DNA from: Vitrella brassicaformis CCMP3155
Taxonomy: Eukaryota; Protista; Chromerida
NCBI GenBank assembly: GCA_001179505.1
Contig: CDMY01000666.1
Span: 186,001-250,000 of the forward strand
Direction of reading: 5' to 3'
Length of the DNA stretch: 64,000 bases
The position numbers and the translations under genes are program-made. Each line of letters starts with the position of its first letter. Within the stretch, counting starts at the first letter, position 1. Positions 26,370-36,869 of the stretch are shown in pieces. A model generated the notes under the pieces. The model was given only the letters and a program-made list of their open reading frames with translations, did no database searches and was not told where the DNA came from.

Positions 26370-26929
26370 TCGGCTGGTGATGCCTGGCCCAGCGGGGGCA
26401 CTCTTGTCTTGTCTTGTCTTGTGTTGCCCCTGCTCGGCCACTCTTTTTGATGAAGAGTGCAGCCGTCCACGCACTGGACTTCCCTTGACGGCAGTGCAGT
26501 TGATATGGCTTCAAGAGCCATCAGTCTGTCTGTTGGTGGCTGGCTGGGCGTAATATGCGACTGACCAGTCAAGGGTGGGTGGCGTGCTTAAGAGATACAT
26601 GGAATATATACAGCCTTTTCTGTCGTGAAGGGATCGAGACATTAATCGACCGGTCGATCGATCATCATCATGGATGGACGCGTGGATGCCTCAAGGAGGC
26701 CCCGTCCATCTTATTGTCTGCCCTGTCGTGGCCTTCCTTACCTACGAGTATTTTTGTGCTTTTGTACGTGTCTCTTGCTATCGCTCATGTGTGCTTACAG
26801 CCATGTTTCGAATGCCTTTTTCCGGGTGTGCGTGACCTGACAAGGGAGTACTCCAGTGGGAGGGGATGGACCTTCAAATTGGGGCCTCAATCTCGACTCT
26901 GGGGGGCATTCTCATTCACCTCGTCCATC

Positions 26930-28278
26930 ATGGACTTGCAGATGATAGATCTGGATGCCGCGGACGCGGTGATGTTCGGGCCTGCGCAGCCACAGAGGTG
27001 CCCCTGTGGCAAACTCTACCGCAGCAAATTCACATCGACACCGCTCACGGCCTTCGTTGGGTTCGTCGCCGATGACGGCAGCAAGTCCAAGACGTCTCAA
27101 GAGAAGAAGGGGCGTCGCGTCGACCCGCTCTTCTATGAGGGAAATATCTTCCTCCTGAAGCCTGCGGTGGAGATGCCTGAACACCTGATGGACAAACTGA
27201 GATGCCTGAGCGCCTCGGGTGAGATGACAGCCAGGGGGAACGAAGTTCAACGAACACGCACATGCAAACGGTCTGTTGCAGGTGACTTCTTCACAAGCTT
27301 GATGGCGCGGTGTGCGGTTGAGATTCGTCGCAGCGCACCCAAGATGGCCTCCCTCTTCGACCAGGAGGGGCTGAGCCTCAAGGCCTTCATCGTCAAGCTC
27401 CTTGTGTTTGCCGTCAAGCCAGAGCTCTTCGACGACCCCTTCTCGGAGGTCGTCCACCTCGGCTCCAGAAAACTACTCGCAAACCGCATGACACGTAAGC
27501 CCTCTCTCATCTGCACACACGCACGGGAAGCGTGATGAATGATGCATGTGGTCGTGCAGGAGAGGATTTTGCGAAGGCGAGATGCTGTCTGCTCGATGCC
27601 CTGAGCAAGATCGAGTCGGCGAACGTGGCCCGGAGTTTGGCGAATGAGTCCAAGAACGTCAAAGAGCCGTCTGGCGGCCGTGACGATCGCCGGTCGTCCA
27701 TCTTCAGCGCGTCGACAGCAGAACCCTCCTCCTCCTCCCACCTCGATAGTGACTTGGGTCTCGAGCTCGTCGACCAGCAACCAAACAGAGGTGAGGAGTA
27801 ACCGATTCAAACGCCCTCTGTGGTGATCGTCTCTGTTCCTTCTTCAGCGAGCTCGACACAAGGCTACATCGTGGCATCTGACCGTGACGCTTCCCCAAAG
27901 GCCGTTGCCGACACAGTGGTCAACGTGCGCAAGACAGGCCAAGCAGCGTCGTATAGGGCGCTCTACAGGGAGCGAAAACGCAGTTACCAGCAGTTGATGC
28001 GGCAACTGCGCGAGAGATGTCGCCGGGAGGCGGTGGAGAGCGGCGTGGCAGTGATAAGGGAGAAGGAGCCGTCGTCGGCGCGGTTCTTCGACATCAAAGA
28101 CGTGGCCTTCATGAATGAGGCCATCACTAGGTGAGTGCGCAGGTGCTGGACTGCGCAGTGTGGCTGTGTCTCCCTGTGGTCAGTCTGTCTTGCGTGTGTG
28201 TGTGTGTGTGTGTTTCTGTGTGTCTTTGTGCCTAGCAGGTACTGTGTGGCGTGGGATATCTTTCAGCCATTGCCTTAG
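26930..28278 (+). CDS. Hypothetical spliced protein, no recognised family
   Basis: Long coding-like exons (MDLQMIDLDAADAVMFGP..., GDFFTSLMARCAVEIRR..., YRALYRERKRSYQQLMRQLRERC) with plausible GT-AG boundaries. The last exon (YCVAWDIFQPLP*) is inferred. Confidence 0.55.
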
Positions 28279-28800
28279 GAAGCGGCTGCCGGGGCAGCAG
28301 CGCCGCCGACAGGGATAGGAGAGAGTGACAGAGAGGTCTAGCCTGTCTCGTGTCCATGGACCACCTGCGCCGACAATGGCTGATTTGTTGGGTGTGAGGG
28401 AGAGACACGTGGGTATTTTTTCGACCCTGTTTCCAGTTTTGGGTTTACAGTGCGTGTCAAAGGATTGACCGATTGCCATGAATCCTCCATATACACCGGT
28501 AATCGCGGCTGACAGGTTTTATTGCCTTTGTCATTTCAGCCGCAGTCCATCCCAATTCATTCATACGCACAAGAAGTAAAGAGACAGACTTGATTGATCA
28601 AGAGAGGAAGTCGCGTCGCTGCACATTCACTCACATACAGGGAGACATCTAAGTTCCCGCACTTGATTCTGCATCCAAACAGTCAAAACAACCCCCCATG
28701 CATCAGGGCCAGCCAGCAAAGGCGAGCGACCAAAAGATGCTGTTCCCCTCTCCCTCGCAGTCAGTCTATCACTAAAGCAGTCAGTCTTCATGTCTCTGTC

Positions 28801-28858
28801 TCCTCGACCGCGCACTTAGACATCGATGTCCTCGACCGCGCACCTAGACATCGATGTC
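28801..28858. repeat. 29-bp tandem duplication spanning the stop codon of the ankyrin gene
   Basis: cctcgaccgcgcacttagacatcgatgt is followed by cctcgaccgcgcacctagacatcgatgt, with one mismatch. Confidence 0.95.
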
Positions 28859-30739
28859 AACATAATCGCCCCCACTCCCCGACGCCCCGCCACTCCCCGA
28901 CGCCCCGCCATCATCATCGTCATCATCGCTCTCCTCCGATGCCTCAACATCAAGATCGTCGAATGGCTCCGTCGCCAGCGGCTGAAATCGCCCCTTGCCG
29001 TCGATGTGGCCCAGCTGGCCCCATTGAAATTGGCAGTCCTGATTGCCGAGGTGTGTGTTGAAGCCCTTCTCCACACCGGTCAGCTTATGCTTGGCCACCT
29101 TGTCCAGCCGAGCACGATGCACCACCTCACGCACACCCAGCCGGCGGTGCGGCCCGTCTTGCCGTCCTTCATCTACAGCGAAGCACTGCATGGGCGGCAC
29201 GGCCACCTTGGCGCGCTTGGCCCCTTGATCATCCTCAGCTTCATTCCGCTGCTGCACTGGCAGCGTCCCTCCGACCACCTCCCTGTTGCTGGTGGCACGC
29301 GTGACGGCCGATGCGATGAAGTGCCGCATCGCTGCGTGCACTCGGCCGCCCAGCACACTGTGGGCTCGCAGGTTGACAGCCGAGAGGGAAGTGTACGCCG
29401 AGAGGGCGTCGTAGGCCTTGTCTTCATCCCAGCACAGGGCGGATATGCGCCAGGCGATGAATGTCGCCTCCTGCGGCCCGAATGCGAGAGGGTCGAGCTT
29501 CAGCAGGTGGGTGAGGAGGGCCGCAAAGCTGCGATGAGGGCGTAGGGCGGCATTGATGGCCGACATGACGTCGTTGGGCAGCTCATTGAGCACCTTCACG
29601 TACTCGGCCAACACGACCTCGCTGCGTGCGGGCAGCCGAGAGATGTCAGCACCAGCTCTCAGCAGCACCTGGATGGTGCGCTTGTAGCAAGGAATTGGGT
29701 TCAGGGCGTCGTCGTCCAGCTTACGAGCTGCAGCAGCAGTGTAGTTCTCCAGCTTACCAGCTGCAGCAGCGAGGGGGGTCCCGTGCTGCGTCTCCACGTT
29801 GATGTCCGCAACGGCTAGACGGTAGCACAGAGCATCAGCGAAACGGTGAGAGCCAGAATCAGCCGCACAGTACAATGGCGTCTGCCCATTCTCGTCCTTC
29901 TCCGTGATGTCCACTTGATGGGTCTCCATCAAATTGAGGAAGAGGTCGATGAATCTCTGGAAGAAGGCGTTGTTGGTGCGGGCCGCCAAATGCAGTACGT
30001 CGTCTTCTGTGGCGAGTGCAGAGTCACGGGTGACATTTCGGTGAAAGGTTGCGAGCAGCCAGTCATCGTAAGCCTTAGTCGGCTGGTCCGTCGGCAATGT
30101 GCGCGGCACCGCCAGTGTCTCCCGACCAGTCAGCTCTATGTATCGGCCTAGCAGAATGTTGAGAGCCCTGTCATTGCCCGACGCGATGGCCACATGCATG
30201 GGCGACATCAGTGAGCTGACGCCGACCGGCCCTCTGGGGTCGGCCCCAAGCTCCAAGAGAGTGCGCATAATCTCCTCCTGGAGCTCGACGGTGGGCCACC
30301 TCGCCAAGCCGATGGGAAATTCATCGACCTCATCTTCAGCCTTGCCCCCCTTGGCCCAGATGTTCGGCACAGTGTAGCTTGTCATATTATCGATGCAAAG
30401 TGCGAGAAGCGGGTATCGGTAGCCCTCGTTCTGACTGCCCTTCAGCTCCAAGCACGGCCTCCGATTGAGGTTGGCTCCATGCTCGACCAGCTGCACCACT
30501 TCCTGCCCGCTTGTGAGAGTGCGATGAAGAATGCCCTCCCACAGCTGTCCATTCTGTAGGGACCCTTCATGGTAGAGAGAAGAAGAAAACCCCGACCGCC
30601 AGTACCGTAGGGAGGTGGTGGCTTGGCAGCGGGCCGGACTCCGCCAGTACATGCCAACTTGCTTCGGTCGTACCCAATGCTTGGGAAGAGCTACGGAGGA
30701 ACTTGGGTCGGAAGATGATGAGCTCTCTGCCGCCATCAT
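28844..30739 (-). CDS. Intron-poor ankyrin-repeat protein (about 630 aa), resembling an expanded Vitrella-type family
   Basis: One uninterrupted 639-codon ORF with ankyrin motifs SPMHVAIASGN, VLHLAARTNN, ENGQTPLYCAADSG and TQHGTPLAAAAG. The family resemblance (YPLLALCIDN; VHRARLD...VEKGFNTHLGNQDCQFQWGQLG) is from memory. Confidence 0.85.
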   Translation of the reverse strand: MMAAESSSSSDPSSSVALPKHWVRPKQVGMYWRSPARCQATTSLRYWRSGFSSSLYHEGSLQNGQLWEGILHRTLTSGQEVVQLVEHGANLNRRPCLELKGSQNEGYRYPLLALCIDNMTSYTVPNIWAKGGKAEDEVDEFPIGLARWPTVELQEEIMRTLLELGADPRGPVGVSSLMSPMHVAIASGNDRALNILLGRYIELTGRETLAVPRTLPTDQPTKAYDDWLLATFHRNVTRDSALATEDDVLHLAARTNNAFFQRFIDLFLNLMETHQVDITEKDENGQTPLYCAADSGSHRFADALCYRLAVADINVETQHGTPLAAAAGKLENYTAAAARKLDDDALNPIPCYKRTIQVLLRAGADISRLPARSEVVLAEYVKVLNELPNDVMSAINAALRPHRSFAALLTHLLKLDPLAFGPQEATFIAWRISALCWDEDKAYDALSAYTSLSAVNLRAHSVLGGRVHAAMRHFIASAVTRATSNREVVGGTLPVQQRNEAEDDQGAKRAKVAVPPMQCFAVDEGRQDGPHRRLGVREVVHRARLDKVAKHKLTGVEKGFNTHLGNQDCQFQWGQLGHIDGKGRFQPLATEPFDDLDVEASEESDDDDDDGGASGSGGASGSGGDYVDIDV

Positions 30740-31238
30740 GATGATGCATGTGGAAACCCACACTGACGATCACAGATAGTCACACTGACGTTGATGCTTG
30801 TATGCCTGCCACGTGCCCTGTCTGCCCCACCTGACTTCGTGTGACGATGAACACGATGCAAGCTCTGTGCCGCGCCCCGGCCACAGTACCGAACCAGCAC
30901 CACCACAGAGGCCCCACACGGCTGTCTATGCAACCGGAAAGGCTAGCGGAAAGGGGAAAGAAAAACGTACAAGAAACCGGAATCGCGTGTGAGGTGGTCT
31001 CTTGTACAATGCGTGTGCATTGCTTACCAGCCACAGAAGCTGGAAGAAGCGCTCACGCGGACGGAGACGGCGCCAAGGACAAAATGGCGGAAAATGGGCC
31101 GTCGTTGATTCAATGAATCAGCTCTCGGCCTCCCGACGAGGGGAAAGAGGAGGGGGACCGTTTCTCGACGGCCCTCAGGGGCCGGGAGGTGTGCGAACGA
31201 GCGAACGAACGACCGAACGAACCACAGGGTTCGGGTCG

Positions 31239-31250
31239 AGGGTTTGGCTA
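31239..31250 (+). promoter_or_regulatory. Telomere-like AGGGTTTGGCT motif about 90 bp upstream of the methyltransferase ATG
   Basis: The same 11-mer occurs on the coding strand upstream of the CUE gene (57451-57461, minus), and AGGGTTT occurs twice upstream of MsrB. Function is inferred only. Confidence 0.3.
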
Positions 31251-31336
31251 AGCTCGGAGACCTCCTGCAGAAAACGCGTCATGAGAATGTCGGCGCGTCA
31301 GAGCGTGAGTTGTGTCAATGGAAGCGCATTTTACTT

Positions 31337-32352
31337 ATGGTGATCCTCAGTGATGTGATCTGCTTGCTCATCTTCCCCCTCGCCCATGCAGCACCGTGCT
31401 TCCTGCCACCCCTACGGCCGCGAGCACATCTGCTATCGAGATCCCGTGTGAGATCCGCCTTATGTGGCCACTCATCGACGGTTGCGCCACTCGTCACCTC
31501 ATCTCGTCGGGCAGCCATCGCCGTGGCCTTCGGGGCTGCTGCAGAGGCGCTATGGGTGGCTTCCAACCTGAAGACCATTCAGCAAGACAATGACGTGCTC
31601 AAGCAGGAGCTTTTCTCAGCCATCAGGCCTTCGTCAGGAGTCAGGGACATCCTGGAGATCGGCTTCGGGCGCAATGCAAACCAAGACTTCTACACCGAGA
31701 TTGCTGAGCGGACAGGCGGCCTGCGTGTGACGGGCCTGGACAAGCGGAGGGTCAGCTTGAGGGAGGCGGATACGATGAAGCGAAGCGCTGCCGAGCATGG
31801 CGTCACTCTGGACGTCATGGATGGGAAGGCAGAGGCCCTCCCGTTCCCAGATGGGTCGTTCGATGCAGTGGTCTGCAGCTTCACTCTCTGTTCTGTCGAT
31901 GATCCACCGCAGGTCTTTCGGGAAGCGTCCAGGTGCGTCAATGAGAGAGAGGGAGGGCGCAAGCAATGCTATCAATGCCTTTGTGGTGTGCGTGTATGTA
32001 GAGTGTTGCGGCCTGGAGGCAAGATGATCATGATCGAGCACATTGCAGCACGTGAGGGGACTGGCTTGCGTGCGGTGCAAAATGCCGTCACTCCCATCCA
32101 AGCTGGCCTCATTGGTAAGCAAGCCAGGCTGAGAAAAGTACCTGCGTGGATGACTTCTATGGTCTTGCGTGTTCGTGTGCAGGTTGCCATCTGACTCGGT
32201 CGACCGATGCGCTTGTGCAATCTACTGTGAGGCCCTCTGCTGATGGGGAGGCACCGTTGTTTTCTAGTATGGATCTGTGCAGAGTCATTGACAGAAATGC
32301 TTTTGTCTTCTTCCCTGAGACCCCGGTGCTCTTGTCTGTCGTGACGAAATGA
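31337..32352 (+). CDS. SAM-dependent methyltransferase type 11 (METTL7-like), probably plastid-targeted, 3 exons
   Basis: Motif I ILEIGFGRNAN, motif II VTGLD, GKAEALPFPDGSFDAVVCSFTLCSVDDP, VLRPGGKMIMIEH and GCHLTR. Signal peptide MVILSDVICLLIFPLAHA. Confidence 0.88.
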
Positions 32353-32406
32353 ACTAGTGACGAACTGGAAACACACACACACACACACATATATATAAAA
32401 GCGCCC

Positions 32407-33628
32407 TCATGTCCACGGTCCATCAAACACACGCACAGCATTGTCATAGGTCAGCTGTCGGATCTCATCCACAGGCCGCCCCAGGCACTTGGCAACCCCC
32501 TCACACACCCACCCCAAATGACATGGCTCATTCACAGCAACCCATGAACCATCACTCTCACTGCGCACATACCGCACCGGCGCGCGGCCTTCCATTCCAT
32601 CTGCCTCGACTGTCTGAAAGGTCGCATCTTGTGTCGGCTCCGCAGCCAGAGGGATCGTCAATCTTTGCGGCAGCTGATCGGGTGAGTCCGTCTCAATGAG
32701 AAGGCGGTCCAGCGGGACGGCCTGCAGCGAGCGAACGACCTGAAAAGGCGGACAGAGACCAGCATCAGCATGGAGTCACCACCGATAGGCCTCGCTCACC
32801 TTGTCACTGTGGAGAACTAGTGAGGAGAACGAAAAGTAGCAGTTGAGCCGCGCAAAGTCGGGCACCATCTCTGAAGGTACCAAGCGGGCAAGGAAATGAC
32901 AGAGGGCCCCCGACACACACATCCCCACGCCAGCTGCCAACCTGGCGGCCCAGCGAATGAGTGCAGCACGATGCCAGGTGTGAAGGGGAGGGGTCTGAGG
33001 TGCGCCTTGAGCTGCTCCAGGAGGCTCCCGTAGGCCTGCACGCAGTGCAATGACACGGGCCGCTGTTCATTCGACGCCAACTCGAGGTGCTGCCGCAACA
33101 CATCTTGCTGCACATCCCACAACGACCTGCACGCGCACGCGCACACAAACAGAGTGAGAAAATATGCTGGACTGTTCATTCACACACGTACTTGTTGCCT
33201 CTTCTGGCTTTGTCGAGGCCGCATTCGCCAATACACAGTCGAGGACGCTGCCTGCATTGAACAAGGCTGTCTGGGTGACTGTCTCAGTGAATGGCCGATG
33301 CCTCACTCACTGGAGATGGGCTGACAGCTGGCCGCGCCAGTCGCCTCCAATGCTCTCCTCCACCCACCTGACACAACAACACGCATGGAGAAGAAACACA
33401 CAGGCACACCAACACGACATACGTGTGGTACCAAGGGTGCACTCCGATGGATGGGTAGATGGCATGAGGGAACTCATCCGCCAGCTGCAGCACGCGGCCC
33501 CAGTCGTCAGGGCAGCACCCGTTGCACACCATCTTGGGCACACGATGACGCAGAGCCGCCTCCACGCACTCGCGCACCATCGGCTGCAGCTTCGGCAGCT
33601 GCAGATGGCAGTGGGCGTCGAACAGCAT
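32407..33628 (-). CDS. tatD: TatD-family metal-dependent DNase, 6 exons
   Basis: LFDAHCHL, SIGVHPW, IGECGLDK, VSLHCVQA, VLHSFAG, YFSFS, VPLDRLLIETDSPDQ, NEPCHL and LTYDNAVRVF: all TatD metal ligands are present. Confidence 0.92.
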
Positions 33629-33693
33629 CGCTCACTCCCTACTGATTCATCTCCGTCTTGCGAAGAAACAATGTCGGAGGCGACCAGATCTGC

Positions 33694-33716
33694 AGGGTTT
33701 GGGATTTCAGGGTTTC
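33694..33716 (+). promoter_or_regulatory. Double AGGGTTT (telo-box-like) motif inside the 117-bp TatD/MsrB divergent promoter
   Basis: agggtttgggatttcagggtttc lies 30-50 bp upstream of the MsrB ATG. Confidence 0.3.
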
Positions 33717-33745
33717 TCGGGTTGCGAGCTTTGTCTCCCCCGAAC

Positions 33746-34861
33746 ATGTTGGCCTTCGCACCGCTCCTCCTCACCTTCCTCTTGGTATGTAATGTATGGT
33801 CATTTGTCAAGGAATTCCGACTCGCCGCCTTCTTGACAGGATGTCGCCTCTTTATGTGGCTGAAGCAGGTAGCCTGCGACGCATTTCAGGTGCCGCTCGA
33901 CGTCCCTCATCCACCAGCAGAGGTCCGCCCTGCCGCTGCTCCTGTGAGGCAGACAACACCGACATCATCATCGTGGAGCTTCAGCGAGATTCTCACCGAC
34001 ACATCGAGAATGAGTGTGGGACATGCGGATGCGGCGCTGCTGGCGCAACCGAAAATATCAAAATCGGGGTGAGTCGAATGTATGAGCATAGGCCGATGGA
34101 ATGCACGGCTTTCTATCAAGCGTACACGTCGTGATGATGCAGGTATGACGTCACGCCGATGACAGACGAGGAGGTTCAGAAGGCGGCGCAGGGGCTGACA
34201 TCGAAGCAGTACGATGTACGTGTGTAAGACGGACAGACACGAGGGAGGGAGGGAGGGAGGCAGGGAGGGACCTGTGCATGGTGAGTGGTGGAGTGTCGTA
34301 TCTGTTCCTGTCGGCTCACTCCTTCCTTCAGATCAACCTGAAGGCCGGCACTGAGATGGCATTCACCGGCGAGACCGTCAACGGATACAAGTGGAACACA
34401 AAAGAAAGTGAGCAGGCACAGGTAGCCCCGCTCACGAGCGACCGATGATCGTATGTTTGGGTGTATATGTGTGTAGAGGGCATGTGGGTTGGCGCGATAA
34501 GTGGTCTGCCGCTGTTTTCGTCCGACGACAAGTATGACAGCGGCACAGGATGGTTGTCATTCCTCAAGCCAGTCGACCCCATGCATGTCATCGAAAGAAA
34601 GGACCCAAAAGGTTAGGCATGACACACTACCTGCTTACCCTGTGTGTGCATGTGCGGCGCGTGTGTTGTGGATGGATGCTTGTGCGTGCAGATATGGCGT
34701 TTGGGCCTTTCGAACGGCGCACCGAGGTGTTGGACGCCAAGAGCGGAGCACATCTCGGCCATGTGTTCGACGACGGCCCGCCTCCCCTCAAGAAGCGGTA
34801 CTGCATGAATGCGGCGTCGATGAAGTTCGTCCCAGCCGAGCCAGTCAAGGCGAAATCCTGA
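33746..34861 (+). CDS. msrB: Plastid-targeted peptide methionine-R-sulfoxide reductase MsrB, 6 exons
   Basis: Removing intron 33785-33868 gives the signal peptide [20 protein letters not shown]. Core motifs: [42 protein letters not shown] and [11 protein letters not shown]. Confidence 0.93.
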
Positions 34862-35375
34862 CGCGGGCCAACAACCAGCAGCAACAGCCCAAGCAAGAAG
34901 TGAAGATGTCCATGATTCATGCCTGCGCTCTCTCCCGAAGGGTGCAAGAGTGCGGCAGACAGACAGGTGGACAGTGTGTGTTGGCTGCATGCGCCATGGC
35001 AGTATGGAGTTGGTGTAGTCATCTGGCGTCGGGGTGTGTGTCTGTGTGTGTGTGTGCGTGTACGTGTGCTTTGGTTGATACTCATGTTCATTTTGGATTG
35101 GGAAATGCAGCAGTGATGAGGGATTCTTTCGAGGGATGGACCCTTCTTCATGTCAATAAACCTCTTCACGCCCAACATAGAGATAAGGATCACCCCTGCA
35201 TCTCACGAGTTGATGAATCAACAGACACTTTTTACTGTGACACTGTATGCTTTGTGAACCATGCGGACTAATGGATTATGCGCAACTCATGGTCAGTCAG
35301 AATGTGCAGTGTGTGTGTGTCCGCTGGCAAAGAAGGTCTCGGCAGACACACACAATCGTCTCGTCTTCGGCTTCC

Positions 35376-36767
35376 CTATCCCTGACTCCTATGTGTGTAT
35401 TTGAGTGCGAGAATGACAGCGACACACAGCCCCACTAGTATGAGCAGTATCCCCATGCATATGAAACACCCACACCGCCGACGCCGTGACCGGCGGTACT
35501 GATCACCCTGCATAGCAGATGGGGAAAGGACGAGACACAGCATGACATTGACACGAATGCTTTGCTGCAATTGTGCTGACTGCCTGACCATGATGAGGGC
35601 TGTGTGGCCCCTCTCCACCTCAGCAGACGCCGGTGCGAGGTGGTGCTCGGCCATGTCCAGCCCCGCCTGCTGGGACTGCACCTACACACACCACCATATG
35701 CAGTGGATTTTCGCGAATGTTCGGCGTGACACAGGCTACCCACCAGCATCTCGACGTCCCTGAATAGCTGTTTGAGATCCTGCATGTCCTCCTGCAGACG
35801 CGACAACTCCTCGTGCCGCCAACGCAGCACTGACACCTGCACCCATGTGTATGTGCACACACACATATGACACATCCACAGGTGTGAGGCGTAGGTCTGC
35901 ATTTCATGCGCACTTGTAGGCTGTCAGAGTCCTCTACCCGGATGCTCTGCAGGGACCCACCGGCTCCCGTGGCCGCGGCGGACGCCCCACCGCTGACAAA
36001 ACTCGACAAGATGCTACCGCTACGAGACGCTGACGAAACAGAATGACATGTGGGGGTGAGAAATATCGGTGTTAATGTTTCTTTTTTGTATGTAAGTACA
36101 TCTTGATAGTATCGATGATGAATGGCTGAGCCTCCTGATTTCCCGCTCCTCCTTGTGCACGGATCCCCTCCACAGGCGGTCGTAGCGGCGCAACAGCTGC
36201 ATTCCAAGGGAGGGACAAACACATGACGGCCCCGCCCCGCCCCGCCCCTCTCACTCACGCGTGTGTAGCTTCTGCACGCGGCCTTGGCTTTGCTCTTCTC
36301 CCTGACGTTGGGCTGAAGGCTGCGGAACGCAGAATGCGCCAGCCGGCATCGCCGACGGCACTCATCACGACTCTACCGAAGTACAAAGAGCACATTGATT
36401 GCAGTGTGTGTGTGTGTGGCGGCCTGCCTGCTGCAGATGTTTGCGGAAACCATCCTGATGCACAAACCATCCATCCATCCGTCCATCCATCCATCCATGC
36501 AGATCCATTCCAGATCAATGTGTCTGTATTGGGTCTGTATGGGATGGATACCGTATCTCGTTTGGTGCCGACTTGTCTGGTCAGCTGCTCCACCTCCTCT
36601 ATTGCCTTCCTCAGCGACTCTACACCACGCTCGAACGCCGCAATGCTATCCACAGGGACCGCGCTCTCACCCGACGCATCCTTGACATCGCCATGTTCCA
36701 ATGGCGGCAGGGGCGCACCCGCAGATATGGATCGAGTGCGAGGGGAGTCGGAAGGGAACGAGGACAT
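35376..36767 (-). CDS. Syntaxin (Qa t-SNARE, syntaxin-7/12-like); alternative in-frame ATG at 36833
   Basis: Habc-like LTRQVGTKRDTDGFRKHLQ; SNARE helix RHEELSRLQEDMQDLKQLFRDVEMLV...QQAGLDMAEHHL; basic stretch RRSRRRR followed by a C-terminal TM helix (CFICMGILLILVGLCVAVILAL). Confidence 0.8.
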
Positions 36768-36869
36768 CTGGAGGAATATCTTCCAGATCTTCCGTCTGGC
36801 AGTCTTAGTTGCATTGATGGGGGCTGCCCCCATTGCAGCTTCAAGTTCAAGTTCGCACCGACCGTCTCG

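Noticed and set aside
26646-26659. 14-bp perfect palindrome atcgaccggtcgat
   Set aside because: Single occurrence; a 7-bp-arm palindrome is expected by chance a few times in 64 kb.
33164-34072. 302-aa plus-strand ORF overlapping TatD
   Set aside because: Most of it is antisense to TatD. Only the part from 33746 is the MsrB leader, read through a stop-free 84-nt intron.
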